From an uncultured bacterium (lineage in GTDB: Bacteria; Margulisbacteria; WOR-1; CAVSGV01): 32,000 nucleotides of DNA. Shown one piece after another: positions 16,529 through 24,018 of the stretch (position 1 is the stretch's first letter; every line of letters starts with the position of its first letter). The notes beneath the pieces are model-generated. The model had not been told where the DNA came from, did not search any database, and saw nothing but the letters and a program-made list of their open reading frames with translations. Position numbers and translations under genes: made by a program. The DNA is taken from NCBI GenBank assembly GCA_963699255.1, contig OY969425.1, forward strand, positions 1,290,001-1,322,000. Reading direction: 5' to 3'.

Positions 16529-16618
16529 TTAGGATTTGCTCGCTAAATTGGGAATGGGGCATGAAATTGTCGTAGTTTTCTTCGATAGTTGCTGTTTGTT
16601 TCGACACTCATAAAGCGC

Positions 16619-16646
16619 TTGACAATGGTGTCACTTCTTTTATACT
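16619..16646 (+). promoter_or_regulatory. sigma70-type promoter of nikR
   Basis: TTGACA (16619-16624)-N16-TATACT (16641-16646), then 10 nt to ATG 16657 with no SD. Confidence 0.55.
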
Positions 16647-16656
16647 TCGTGTTACC

Positions 16657-17076
16657 ATGTCAAAGTTAGAGCGGTTCGGCGTATCGATGGAGCAGGAACT
16701 CCTTAGTAAATTCGACTGTCTCATCGATGACAAGGGTTATGCCAACAGGTCCGAAGCCATAAGGGACCTCATAAGGAACCTGATCGTCGAGGAGAACGCG
16801 AAACTGGGATCAAAAGAGGTCATTGGCACCATAACCATCGTCTATAGCCATGACATCCACGACCTGAATGACTCGCTTAACCATATCCAGCATCATTTCC
16901 ACGACCAGATAATCTCCACTGTCCATGTCCATCTGGACGAGCACAACTGCATGGAAGTGCTTATTGTCAAAGGGAAAGCAAATAACATCAAGCAGATCGC
17001 CGACAAGCTGATAAGCATAAAAGGCGTGAAACACGGAAAGCTGACGATAACAACAACGGGAAAGGAGCTAAGATAG
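16657..17076 (+). CDS. nikR: Nickel-responsive regulator NikR (RHH + ACT-like metal domain)
   Basis: [29 protein letters not shown] ribbon-helix-helix. His-rich metal site [18 protein letters not shown]. Confidence 0.9.
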   Translation: MSKLERFGVSMEQELLSKFDCLIDDKGYANRSEAIRDLIRNLIVEENAKLGSKEVIGTITIVYSHDIHDLNDSLNHIQHHFHDQIISTVHVHLDEHNCMEVLIVKGKANNIKQIADKLISIKGVKHGKLTITTTGKELR

Positions 17077-17105
17077 AGATGAGAGATGTGAGATGCGAGA
17101 TGCGA
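17076..17105 (+). repeat. GAGATGN heptamer array (4 units), left partner
   Basis: GAGATGA GAGATGT GAGATGC GAGATGC GA. Overlaps the nikR stop and the start of the next ORF. Confidence 0.6.
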
Positions 17106-17864
17106 GGTATTTGGTCCCGATCCATAGGAATATCCTTCCTTGTTGTGTCATTGTTAATTGTTAATTGTTCATTGTGCTACGCTACCCGCCCGCTTTATAC
17201 GGAGGACACGCTTATAGTCCCGGTAAGAAGCGTCATCATAGATTCAGGCAGCCTCCTGCAGTCACAAAGGGATAATTCCGGATTCCAGGAGGTCATCACA
17301 TCGGCAAGGTACGGAATAAGCAATAACGCAGAGATATCTCTCACCCTGCCTTTCATCAGCAGGCAGGCGGAAGGCGGGAACTTTGACGGCCTCAGCAACG
17401 GTATTTTCAACGTTAAATACGATTTCTTTTCGAGCGGCGACGGGAAAATGTCGGCCGCATACCTGTTCGGCATCCAGCTCAAATCCAGCGACAGGGGAAA
17501 CGGCCTGAACGCGGATGAGAACGACATAACTAATATGCTCATTTTTTCGCAGGATGTGGGCCTGTTCACGTACCTGCTCAATTTCGGATATACTTTTGAC
17601 GATGAACGCGCGGGCCAGCCGCAGAATGACTTCATACTTTATAACGCTGCAATAGTAAAACCTTTGAATGAAAATATGAACCTCACGGCCGAGATACAGT
17701 ACAGCAAGAACACTTACACCTTGGACATTTTCGGCGAAACCGCCGTTGGCGTCAATTATCGGCTATTTCCAAAACTCACACTTGATGCCGCGCTCGGTTG
17801 CGGACTTAACGAGAATTCGTCCAGCTCCAACTTTGTTTGCGGCTTAACTTATCAGCTAATATAA
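17079..17864 (+). CDS. Putative outer-membrane beta-barrel protein of the nickel cassette
   Basis: Signal peptide (MRGIWSRSIGISFLVVSLLIVNCSLCYA from ATG 17100, or ATG 17079). Alternating beta-strand pattern. Ends GLTYQLI. Family assignment not verifiable by eye. Confidence 0.5.
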   Translation: MRDVRCEMRGIWSRSIGISFLVVSLLIVNCSLCYATRPLYTEDTLIVPVRSVIIDSGSLLQSQRDNSGFQEVITSARYGISNNAEISLTLPFISRQAEGGNFDGLSNGIFNVKYDFFSSGDGKMSAAYLFGIQLKSSDRGNGLNADENDITNMLIFSQDVGLFTYLLNFGYTFDDERAGQPQNDFILYNAAIVKPLNENMNLTAEIQYSKNTYTLDIFGETAVGVNYRLFPKLTLDAALGCGLNENSSSSNFVCGLTYQLI

Positions 17865-17880
17865 AAAGGAGAAAAAGAAA

Positions 17881-18612
17881 ATGCATATACCGAACGGCCT
17901 CCTTGATCCAAAAGTTTCCGCCGGCACCGCTTTTGCCGCAGCCGGAGTGCTTGGCTATTGTTTTGCTAAAGTGAGGCAGGCGCTTTCGGCGATCGTCCCT
18001 GAATCCGTCCTTGCAGGAGCCGGCAATATCGGCTGCACCATAACCGAGGGTTCCAAGAAATTGATCTCAAGTTTTGCGGAAAACCACATCATGAAAATGG
18101 GTGCCATTGCCTCCCTGATATTTGCGGCGCAGATGTTCAACTTTCCTATCAACAGCGGAACGTCGGGGCACCTTCTTGGGGGGGTCATAGCGGCTATCGC
18201 TCTCGGGCCTTTTTCCGGAGTTATTGTAATATCCGCCGTGCTGGCGGTCCAGTCTATTTTCTATGCCGACGGCGGCCTTATGGCGCTTGGCGCGAACATT
18301 GTGAACATGGCTGTTATCGGCACGCTTGTTTCATATTATATCTACTTTCTTATCCATAAACTGGTAAAGTCCGATTCCGGTCTCTTCCCGGGCGCAGGAA
18401 TAGCCGCTTTCTTTTCGGTCGTTCTTGCATCTATAGCATGTTCCTTTGAAGTGGCATTATCAGGCACGATCGAGCTCGGGAAAATACTGCCTGCGATGGT
18501 ATCGGTACACGCGAGAATAGGGATCGCCGAGGCCTTGATCACGATCATTGCCATCAATATCCTGAAAAATATCAAATTCGGGCTTGATGGCAAAGTGAAA
18601 AATGAAGAATAG
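17881..18612 (+). CDS. cbiM: ECF-type Ni/Co transporter substrate component NikM/CbiM
   Basis: N-terminus MHIPNGLLD (the MHIPDG-type metal-binding N-terminus), 6-7 helices, RBS AAAGGAG. Confidence 0.85.
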   Translation: MHIPNGLLDPKVSAGTAFAAAGVLGYCFAKVRQALSAIVPESVLAGAGNIGCTITEGSKKLISSFAENHIMKMGAIASLIFAAQMFNFPINSGTSGHLLGGVIAAIALGPFSGVIVISAVLAVQSIFYADGGLMALGANIVNMAVIGTLVSYYIYFLIHKLVKSDSGLFPGAGIAAFFSVVLASIACSFEVALSGTIELGKILPAMVSVHARIGIAEALITIIAINILKNIKFGLDGKVKNEE

Positions 18613-18907
18613 GACCATACTTATCATTATCCTGATCTCGATCGCAGTCGCGGTACTTGCCGGGTTCTTTGCGTCATCGCGTCCAGACGGGCTCGAAAAG
18701 GTAGCCGGCAATCTCAAGTTCGAAGGGAAAGCTGTCTCAACGCCCGGCCTTTTTGTGGATTACACGATATCGATCATCCGCAATCCCTCATTTTCCAGGG
18801 CGTTGGCCGGGATAATAGGGATTGTGTTCATTATTTTTATTTTCAGATCGATCGCCAGGGTAAAACACTTAGGGGAAATATTAAAAAAGCTTCTGAATCT
18901 CCGTTGA
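18602..18907 (+). CDS. PDGLE-domain small membrane protein (NikN/CbiN-position partner)
   Basis: Literal motif SSRPDGLEKVA after an N-terminal helix, plus a second C-terminal helix. 11-nt overlap with nikM. Confidence 0.7.
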   Translation: MKNRTILIIILISIAVAVLAGFFASSRPDGLEKVAGNLKFEGKAVSTPGLFVDYTISIIRNPSFSRALAGIIGIVFIIFIFRSIARVKHLGEILKKLLNLR

Positions 18908-18923
18908 CGTTTTCCGCTTTCTT

Positions 18924-18953
18924 TCGCATCTCCCATCTCCCATCTCGCACCTC
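18924..18953 (+). repeat. Heptamer array, right (complementary) partner
   Basis: TCGCATC TCCCATC TCCCATC TCGCACC TC. Its reverse complement GAGGTGC GAGATGG GAGATGG GAGATGC GA matches 17076-17105 at 26/30. Confidence 0.6.
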
Positions 18954-18966
18954 TTTCTTTTTCAAC

Positions 18967-18998
18967 CTATAGCTCCCCTAGCTCTTCTTTGCTATAAT
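18967..18998 (+). promoter_or_regulatory. Extended -10 promoter module upstream of leuD
   Basis: CTATAGCTCCCCTAGCTCTTCTTTGCTATAAT: TGCTATAAT is TGnTATAAT, with 10 nt to ATG 19009. 29/32 identical to 24162-24193. Confidence 0.6.
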
Positions 18999-19008
18999 AT
19001 CCTTCACA

Positions 19009-19512
19009 ATGATACTGAACGGAAAAGGGCATCGTCTCCCGCAGAACGACGACATAAACACGGACTATATCATATCCGGAAGATATAAATTCAAGATACA
19101 GGATCCTGTTGAGCTCGCAAAGCACCTGATGGAGGACCTGGACCCGAATTTCTATTCAAAGCTGAAAAAGGGCGACTTTATCGTGGCCGGCGACAACTTC
19201 GGCTGCGGTTCGAGCAGGGAACAGGCACCGATGGCGGTCAAATACGCGGGAATATCGGCGGTCCTGGCCAAATCCTTCGCGAGGATATTCTACAGGAACT
19301 GCTTCAATCTGGGGCTTCCGGCGATAGAGTGCGACACTGACGGCATATCAGAGGGCGACGAACTTGAGGTCGATCTTGATAAGGGAGTGATAAGGAACAA
19401 GACCAAGTCAACATCGATCAAGATAAGCCCGATACCGAAGACGATGCAGACGCTTTTGTCTGACGGCGGGCTTGTTGAACACTTCAAAAAACACGGCGGG
19501 TTCAAGTTTTAA
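19009..19512 (+). CDS. leuD: Aconitase-family dehydratase small subunit (LeuD/HacB type)
   Basis: 167 aa. [12 protein letters not shown] and [14 protein letters not shown] swivel-domain motifs. Confidence 0.85.
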   Translation: MILNGKGHRLPQNDDINTDYIISGRYKFKIQDPVELAKHLMEDLDPNFYSKLKKGDFIVAGDNFGCGSSREQAPMAVKYAGISAVLAKSFARIFYRNCFNLGLPAIECDTDGISEGDELEVDLDKGVIRNKTKSTSIKISPIPKTMQTLLSDGGLVEHFKKHGGFKF

Positions 19513-20538
19513 GTGAAGATAGTCATATTAGGCCTTCCACAAGCCGGACAGCAGGAGCTGTTCAGCCTTCTCACGAGGATCCCCCTCGATACGGTAAAGC
19601 AGAAGCCGATGGATATCCAGCTGGGGATTTGCGAGGTAAAGGACCCGAGGGTGACAAAACTGATCGAGATGTACAAGCCCGCGAAGAAAACCTACGCGCG
19701 GATAGAGTATTCCCTGCTTCCTGATTTTAACCTTGTGGGACCTTCAAAGATGCTGATCTTCAACCAGTTGAAAAACTCAGATGAGATATGCTGGGTTGCC
19801 AGATATGAGACCGCCCAGGATGATATCGCGTCTTTCATTTCGGAACTGGTCATATCCGACCTGATGACCGCTGAAAAGCGGCTTGAGAATATCGCGAAAG
19901 ACCAAAAGAGGAAATTTCTTGAGGAAAGAGCAAAAGAAGAAGCTCTCATAAAAATGTGCAAAGAGCAGCTTGATCGCGAAAAGCTGCTTAAAGACCTGAA
20001 ATTCTCCGCCGACCAGCTTGTCGCCCTAAAGACATACCAGTTCCTGACGATGAAGCCCGTATTTTTTGTCGTCAATGTCCCTGAAGACAAGATAAACGAA
20101 GAGGCAATATCAAAGTCCATCACGGAGAAATTTAGTTATCTGTGCATCCAGGTAAGCGCAAGCCTCGAAGAAGAGATAAGCAGGATGGATAAGGACGATT
20201 ACGCGGTCTTCATGAAGGAAATGGGGATAAAAGAGTCCGCGCTGGACAAGATGAACCAGATGGCGTTCTCGGAACTTGGGCTGATATCCTTCTTTACCGT
20301 CGGGACAGATGAAGTTAAGGCTTGGCCGGTAAGGAAAGGCGCATTTGCTCCGGAAGCGGGCTCCGTCATTCACTCGGACATCGAGAGAGGTTTTGTCCGG
20401 GCCGAGATGTTCAAGTACGACGACCTTCTCGCCGCAGGCTCGGAGGCAAAGCTGAAGGAGCTTGGGAAATATTATCTTAAAGGAAAGGATTATGTGGTCC
20501 AGGACGGGGATATTCTGAGCTTCAGGGTCGGAACCTGA
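19513..20538 (+). CDS. YchF/Obg-like protein with degenerate nucleotide-binding motifs
   Basis: The C-terminus (FFTVGTDEVKAWPVRKGAFAPEAGSVIHSDIERGFVRAEM..GKDYVVQDGDILSFR) is YchF-like. The N-terminus reads GLPQAGQQELF where YchF has GLPNVGKSTLF. GTG start abuts the leuD stop. Confidence 0.7.
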   Translation: MKIVILGLPQAGQQELFSLLTRIPLDTVKQKPMDIQLGICEVKDPRVTKLIEMYKPAKKTYARIEYSLLPDFNLVGPSKMLIFNQLKNSDEICWVARYETAQDDIASFISELVISDLMTAEKRLENIAKDQKRKFLEERAKEEALIKMCKEQLDREKLLKDLKFSADQLVALKTYQFLTMKPVFFVVNVPEDKINEEAISKSITEKFSYLCIQVSASLEEEISRMDKDDYAVFMKEMGIKESALDKMNQMAFSELGLISFFTVGTDEVKAWPVRKGAFAPEAGSVIHSDIERGFVRAEMFKYDDLLAAGSEAKLKELGKYYLKGKDYVVQDGDILSFRVGT

Positions 20539-20547
20539 CCCCGCCAA

Positions 20548-20576
20548 TTGCAAACGGCCCCTTTTTCATTTAAAAT
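20548..20576 (+). promoter_or_regulatory. sigma70-type promoter of the dehydrogenase gene
   Basis: TTGCAA (20548-20553)-N17-TAAAAT (20571-20576), then 9 nt to ATG 20586 with no SD. Confidence 0.5.
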
Positions 20577-20585
20577 AACATCGAT

Positions 20586-21671
20586 ATGACATATGACATA
20601 ACACTGATACCAGGCGACGGCACCGGCCCCGAAATAGTTGAAGCATCAAGGCGCGCCATCGAAGCGACCGGCGTAAAGATCAAATGGGAAACAGTTGAAG
20701 CCGGGATAGACATAATGGAAAAATACGGCACTCCCCTTCCGCCCAGCGTCCTTGATTCCGTCAGGAAAAACAAGGTAGCGCTCAAGGGCCCCATAACCAC
20801 GCCTATAGGCACCGGATTTCGAAGCGTTAATGTGGCCATCCGCAAAGAGCTTGATCTCTATGTGTGCCTGAGGCCCTGCAAATCATACAAGGGCGTGCGT
20901 TCACGCTATGAGAACATAGATCTTGTCGTCGTCAGGGAGAACACGGAGGACCTTTATGCCGGCATAGAATTCGAGGAAGGAAAACCCGAGACGAAGAACA
21001 TCATCGCGGCCATTGAAAAAGAATCCAAGAGGAAGATACGACCCGATTCCGGAATAAGCATTAAACCAATATCCAGGTTCGGCACGGAGAGGCTGGTCAA
21101 GTTCGCCTTCGACTACGCCGTTAAACACAACAGGAAAAAGGTCACGGCCGTCACCAAGGCCAACATCATGAAGTACACGGACGGGCTTTTCTACCAGGTA
21201 GCGCGGAAAGTTGCAAAGAAATTCGAAGGGAAGATCGAGTACGAGGAGAGGCTGGTCGACAACATGTGCATGCAGCTTGTGCAGAAGCCGGAGCTTTACG
21301 ATGTCCTTACGCTTCCAAACCTTTATGGGGACATATTATCCGACCTTTGCGCGGGCCTTATCGGCGGGCTCGGCGTCGCGCCGGGAGCGAACATAGGAAA
21401 AGATACCGCCGTTTTTGAGGCCGTTCACGGAAGCGCTCCGAAATACAAGGGTCAGAACAAGGTCAATCCTACCGCCGTAATCCTTTCAGGGGTCCTTATG
21501 CTGGATTATCTCGGCGAGAAGGAAGCCGCGAAAAGACTTGAAAAAGCAACGGCGGACGTGATAGCCGAGGGCAAATATGTAACCTACGATCTTAAGCCGA
21601 ACCGTGACGATCCGACGGCGGTCGGGACGTCGCAAATGGCAGATGCGATCATCGCCCGACTGAAAGCTTGA
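20586..21671 (+). CDS. Beta-decarboxylating dehydrogenase, isocitrate/homoisocitrate type
   Basis: [31 protein letters not shown] (IDH-type Ser loop rather than the LeuB type), [19 protein letters not shown]. Confidence 0.8.
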   Translation: MTYDITLIPGDGTGPEIVEASRRAIEATGVKIKWETVEAGIDIMEKYGTPLPPSVLDSVRKNKVALKGPITTPIGTGFRSVNVAIRKELDLYVCLRPCKSYKGVRSRYENIDLVVVRENTEDLYAGIEFEEGKPETKNIIAAIEKESKRKIRPDSGISIKPISRFGTERLVKFAFDYAVKHNRKKVTAVTKANIMKYTDGLFYQVARKVAKKFEGKIEYEERLVDNMCMQLVQKPELYDVLTLPNLYGDILSDLCAGLIGGLGVAPGANIGKDTAVFEAVHGSAPKYKGQNKVNPTAVILSGVLMLDYLGEKEAAKRLEKATADVIAEGKYVTYDLKPNRDDPTAVGTSQMADAIIARLKA

Positions 21672-22081
21672 TAACGGACAAATACAAGATCATCGACCAT
21701 CCCTCCGACATCGGGATCGAAGCCTTCGGAAAAAATAAGACAGAACTCTTTGAGAACGCGGCATACGGTATGATGGATATGATGTTCGGCAGCCCTGACA
21801 ATAAGATCCTCAGTGAGCCTTTTCCTCTTAAGGTGTCCGCCGAAGATATTGAATCATTGATGGTCGCATGGCTTTCCGAGCTGCTTTATATCGTCGATTC
21901 AAAGAAGGTTTCCCTTTTGGCCTTTAAAATTACGAAGCTTTTCGATAAAGAACTTGAAGCTGAGGTCTTCGGTGGTAAAATTGGCCGTGTAAAGACCGGC
22001 ATCAAAGCCGTGACTTACAGCCAGATGAAGATCGGGGAAAAGAACGGCGTGTGGAGCACAAGGATCATATTCGATGTTTGA
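21668..22081 (+). CDS. Archease
   Basis: [34 protein letters not shown] is a typical archease N-terminus. TTG start overlaps the upstream TGA. Confidence 0.75.
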   Translation: MITDKYKIIDHPSDIGIEAFGKNKTELFENAAYGMMDMMFGSPDNKILSEPFPLKVSAEDIESLMVAWLSELLYIVDSKKVSLLAFKITKLFDKELEAEVFGGKIGRVKTGIKAVTYSQMKIGEKNGVWSTRIIFDV

Positions 22082-22096
22082 GCTAAGGAGGCAAAA

Positions 22097-22528
22097 ATGC
22101 AGTTCGAGATGATGTTAAGATTGCTGTTGTCAGTGATATTCGGAGGCGCGATCGGCTACGTAAGGGAGATCAAAAGAAAAGCCGCCGGACTGCGCACGCA
22201 TATACTTGTCTGCCTGGGTTCCACGATATTTACGATAGTTTCCATCATGGTCGCTCAGGGGTCACCGACGGTCGATCCTTCCAGAATCGCGGCAGGGGTC
22301 GTGACCGGCATCGGCTTCATCGGCGCGGGCGCGATCTTCCAGAGCGGCGGAAGCGTCAAGGGACTTACAACGGCCGCGTCCATCTGGGTAGCTGCGGCAA
22401 TAGGCGTGGCAGCGGGAGCCGGGCTGTACGAGGTTGCGACGTTCTCCACCCTTCTCGCCCTGATAGTCATTCAGCTGCTCCAGGTGGTCGAGAAGAAATT
22501 CGTAAGGCCCGGCGAAAGAGAAGGGTAA
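22097..22528 (+). CDS. mgtC: MgtC/SapB-family membrane protein
   Basis: RLLLSVIFGGAIGYVREIKRKAAGLRTHILV motif. RBS TAAGGAGG. Confidence 0.8.
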   Translation: MQFEMMLRLLLSVIFGGAIGYVREIKRKAAGLRTHILVCLGSTIFTIVSIMVAQGSPTVDPSRIAAGVVTGIGFIGAGAIFQSGGSVKGLTTAASIWVAAAIGVAAGAGLYEVATFSTLLALIVIQLLQVVEKKFVRPGEREG

Positions 22529-22619
22529 TAAACTTACAAGACTTTGCGCGTATCAATAGAGATGGGGGAAAACCACTACAGTATAAGCCGTCGTTTAATT
22601 TGCTAAATTTAACCTGTTT

Positions 22620-23179
22620 TTAAGTAGTATACTCGTCGGCTACGGTCATCCCTAATGGGATTATAACTACTGCATGATCCCTAACGGAGCTGAAAAAACG
22701 GTTCAGTGACATAAATATCCCAATATTATTGATATGGGTTCCAATTGAAATCCTATCTAACCAAATTGTTACCCCTCTTTTACTTTCTATATCTGCACTC
22801 ATTTCAGCATATCGTGTTCCCATGCCTTTAAATGAGTAAGGGGCTTTATTGAAAAATATCTGATGCATAATTTCAACAACATCTCCCACAGTTTTTGGAA
22901 CTGGACTGATCGCATTAAACTCCCCACCTGTGTTATTGAATATAACAGGGCTGTTGAGGGAAATGTTCCATAGATCGGTCCCTAACATAGTTGTTGGAAC
23001 TTTTACGACTTCTTCTGAGATTTTTATTCTATCTACGATATTTCTTTCTGCAAATGGTCGAACTCGCGCCAATAACTTAGGGGTCAGCCCCGAAAATTCT
23101 TCCTTAAAAATGCCAGATCTTCTCCTTTCGTCAAAAATATAGTTTCTCTCTTTCCTCTAACACCAAGATACACTTCCAT
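22620..23179 (-). pseudogene. Hypothetical gene interrupted by a frameshift at a T5 run
   Basis: A strong RBS (TAAGGAGG) plus ATG 23179 opens a 31-codon ORF. The -1 frame is open from about 23157 and continues into the 150-aa ORF (22620-23072), which itself has only a TTG start and no SD. The frames meet at sense ATATTTTTGACG (23129-23140). Confidence 0.5.
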
Positions 23180-23322
23180 ATTGCTTGCCTCCTTAAAATA
23201 GGCTCCCTCGGCTCTACCCGAGAGTTTCGCTTTGCTTTTTGTCTTTCCGCATATTTATCGAGGAAAAACCAGAAGAATTTCAGTTTGTTATTAATTATTT
23301 AAACCGTGCTGGAACGGGGTTA

Positions 23323-23386
23323 GAGATGCGAAGTGTGAGATGCGAGACGCGATTTTTCGCATCTCCCATCTCTCGTCTCACATCTC
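23323..23386 (-). terminator. Heptamer-array hairpin immediately 3' of rmlC
   Basis: GAGATGC GAAGTGT GAGATGC GAGACGC GA - TTTT - TCGCATC TCCCATC TCTCGTC TCACATC TC. As minus-strand RNA, 26/30 positions pair counting G-U. The right arm overlaps the rmlC stop. Confidence 0.6.
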
Positions 23387-24011
23387 ATTTTCCGTAAATG
23401 AATTGGTCCGAATTCTTTTCTTTCGACCACGCGGTCAAGGTGAAGCCGTTCTTGTCTTTGTCGGTCATCAGTTTCGTCTTCGGCACGATCGAGTCAAATG
23501 TCTTTTTCAGTTTCGGGTCGCAGGCGGACCAATCGATATCCTTCGCCAGAGGGGATATTGAGGCTTCACACCCCGGGCTGTATTCGCCCGAGCAGAAATA
23601 TTCCACCTGGCTATCTTCAACCGCAAGTATGCCGTGGGCAAATCCCGGCGGCAGCCATATCCATTCGTTGAAATCGTACTCCGGATCCGCTTCCAACTCA
23701 TAAGCAACTGCTTTACCGAAGCTCGGCGATCCTTTGCGGATATCGATCCCCAGGTCCAGTATCCTTCCCCTCATGACCCTGACGAGCTTGCCCATGTAAG
23801 GGTTCCATTGAAAATGGAAGCCCCTGAAAGTCCCGGCCTTTGAAAAAGCATCGTTGCACTGGAGGAATTCGATATTCTTCATGAAATCGATTTTCTTGAA
23901 ATCGCTTTTCCTGAAAGTCTCGGTGAAATAGCCGCGGTGGTCGTTAAACCGTCCGAAACGTATGACCTTTATCTCCGGTATGGCAAGGGTTATTACTTCA
24001 TTGATTTTCAT
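23385..24011 (-). CDS. rfbC: dTDP-4-dehydrorhamnose 3,5-epimerase (cupin)
   Basis: FNDHRGYFTETF, FRGFHFQ, GKLVRVMRGRILDLGIDIRKGSPSFGK, WLPPGFAHGI. Start moved to ATG 24011 (MKINEV). Confidence 0.85.
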   Translation of the reverse strand: MKINEVITLAIPEIKVIRFGRFNDHRGYFTETFRKSDFKKIDFMKNIEFLQCNDAFSKAGTFRGFHFQWNPYMGKLVRVMRGRILDLGIDIRKGSPSFGKAVAYELEADPEYDFNEWIWLPPGFAHGILAVEDSQVEYFCSGEYSPGCEASISPLAKDIDWSACDPKLKKTFDSIVPKTKLMTDKDKNGFTLTAWSKEKNSDQFIYGK

Positions 24012-24018
24012 GATACGA

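Noticed and set aside
16553-16572. A second sigma54-like motif lies on the plus strand upstream of nikR (ATGGGGCATGAAATTGTCGTA).
   Set aside because: The -12 element reads TTGT, not TTGC, and the GG/GC spacing is off. nikR already has a good sigma70 promoter. It is more likely a degenerate inverted copy of 16512-16528.
20525-20541. GGGTC-GGAACCT-GACCC at the ychF-like 3' end could be another REP copy.
   Set aside because: Only the GGAACCT string is shared. There is no bulged double-stem architecture and it lies within coding sequence, so the match is probably coincidental.
22529-22619. The intergenic gaps here, at 2450-2524 and at 23195-23322 were checked for tRNA or other structured RNA genes.
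   Set aside because: No cloverleaf-compatible arms, conserved T-loop (GTTCRA) context or riboswitch-like motifs were recognised. Only a short CTCGG..CCGAG stem occurs at about 23208-23223.
23129-23140. The T5 run could be a programmed -1 ribosomal frameshift site.
   Set aside because: ATATTTTTG does not form an X XXY YYZ heptamer, since six T would be needed. No downstream pseudoknot is evident. A mutation or a homopolymer error is simpler.
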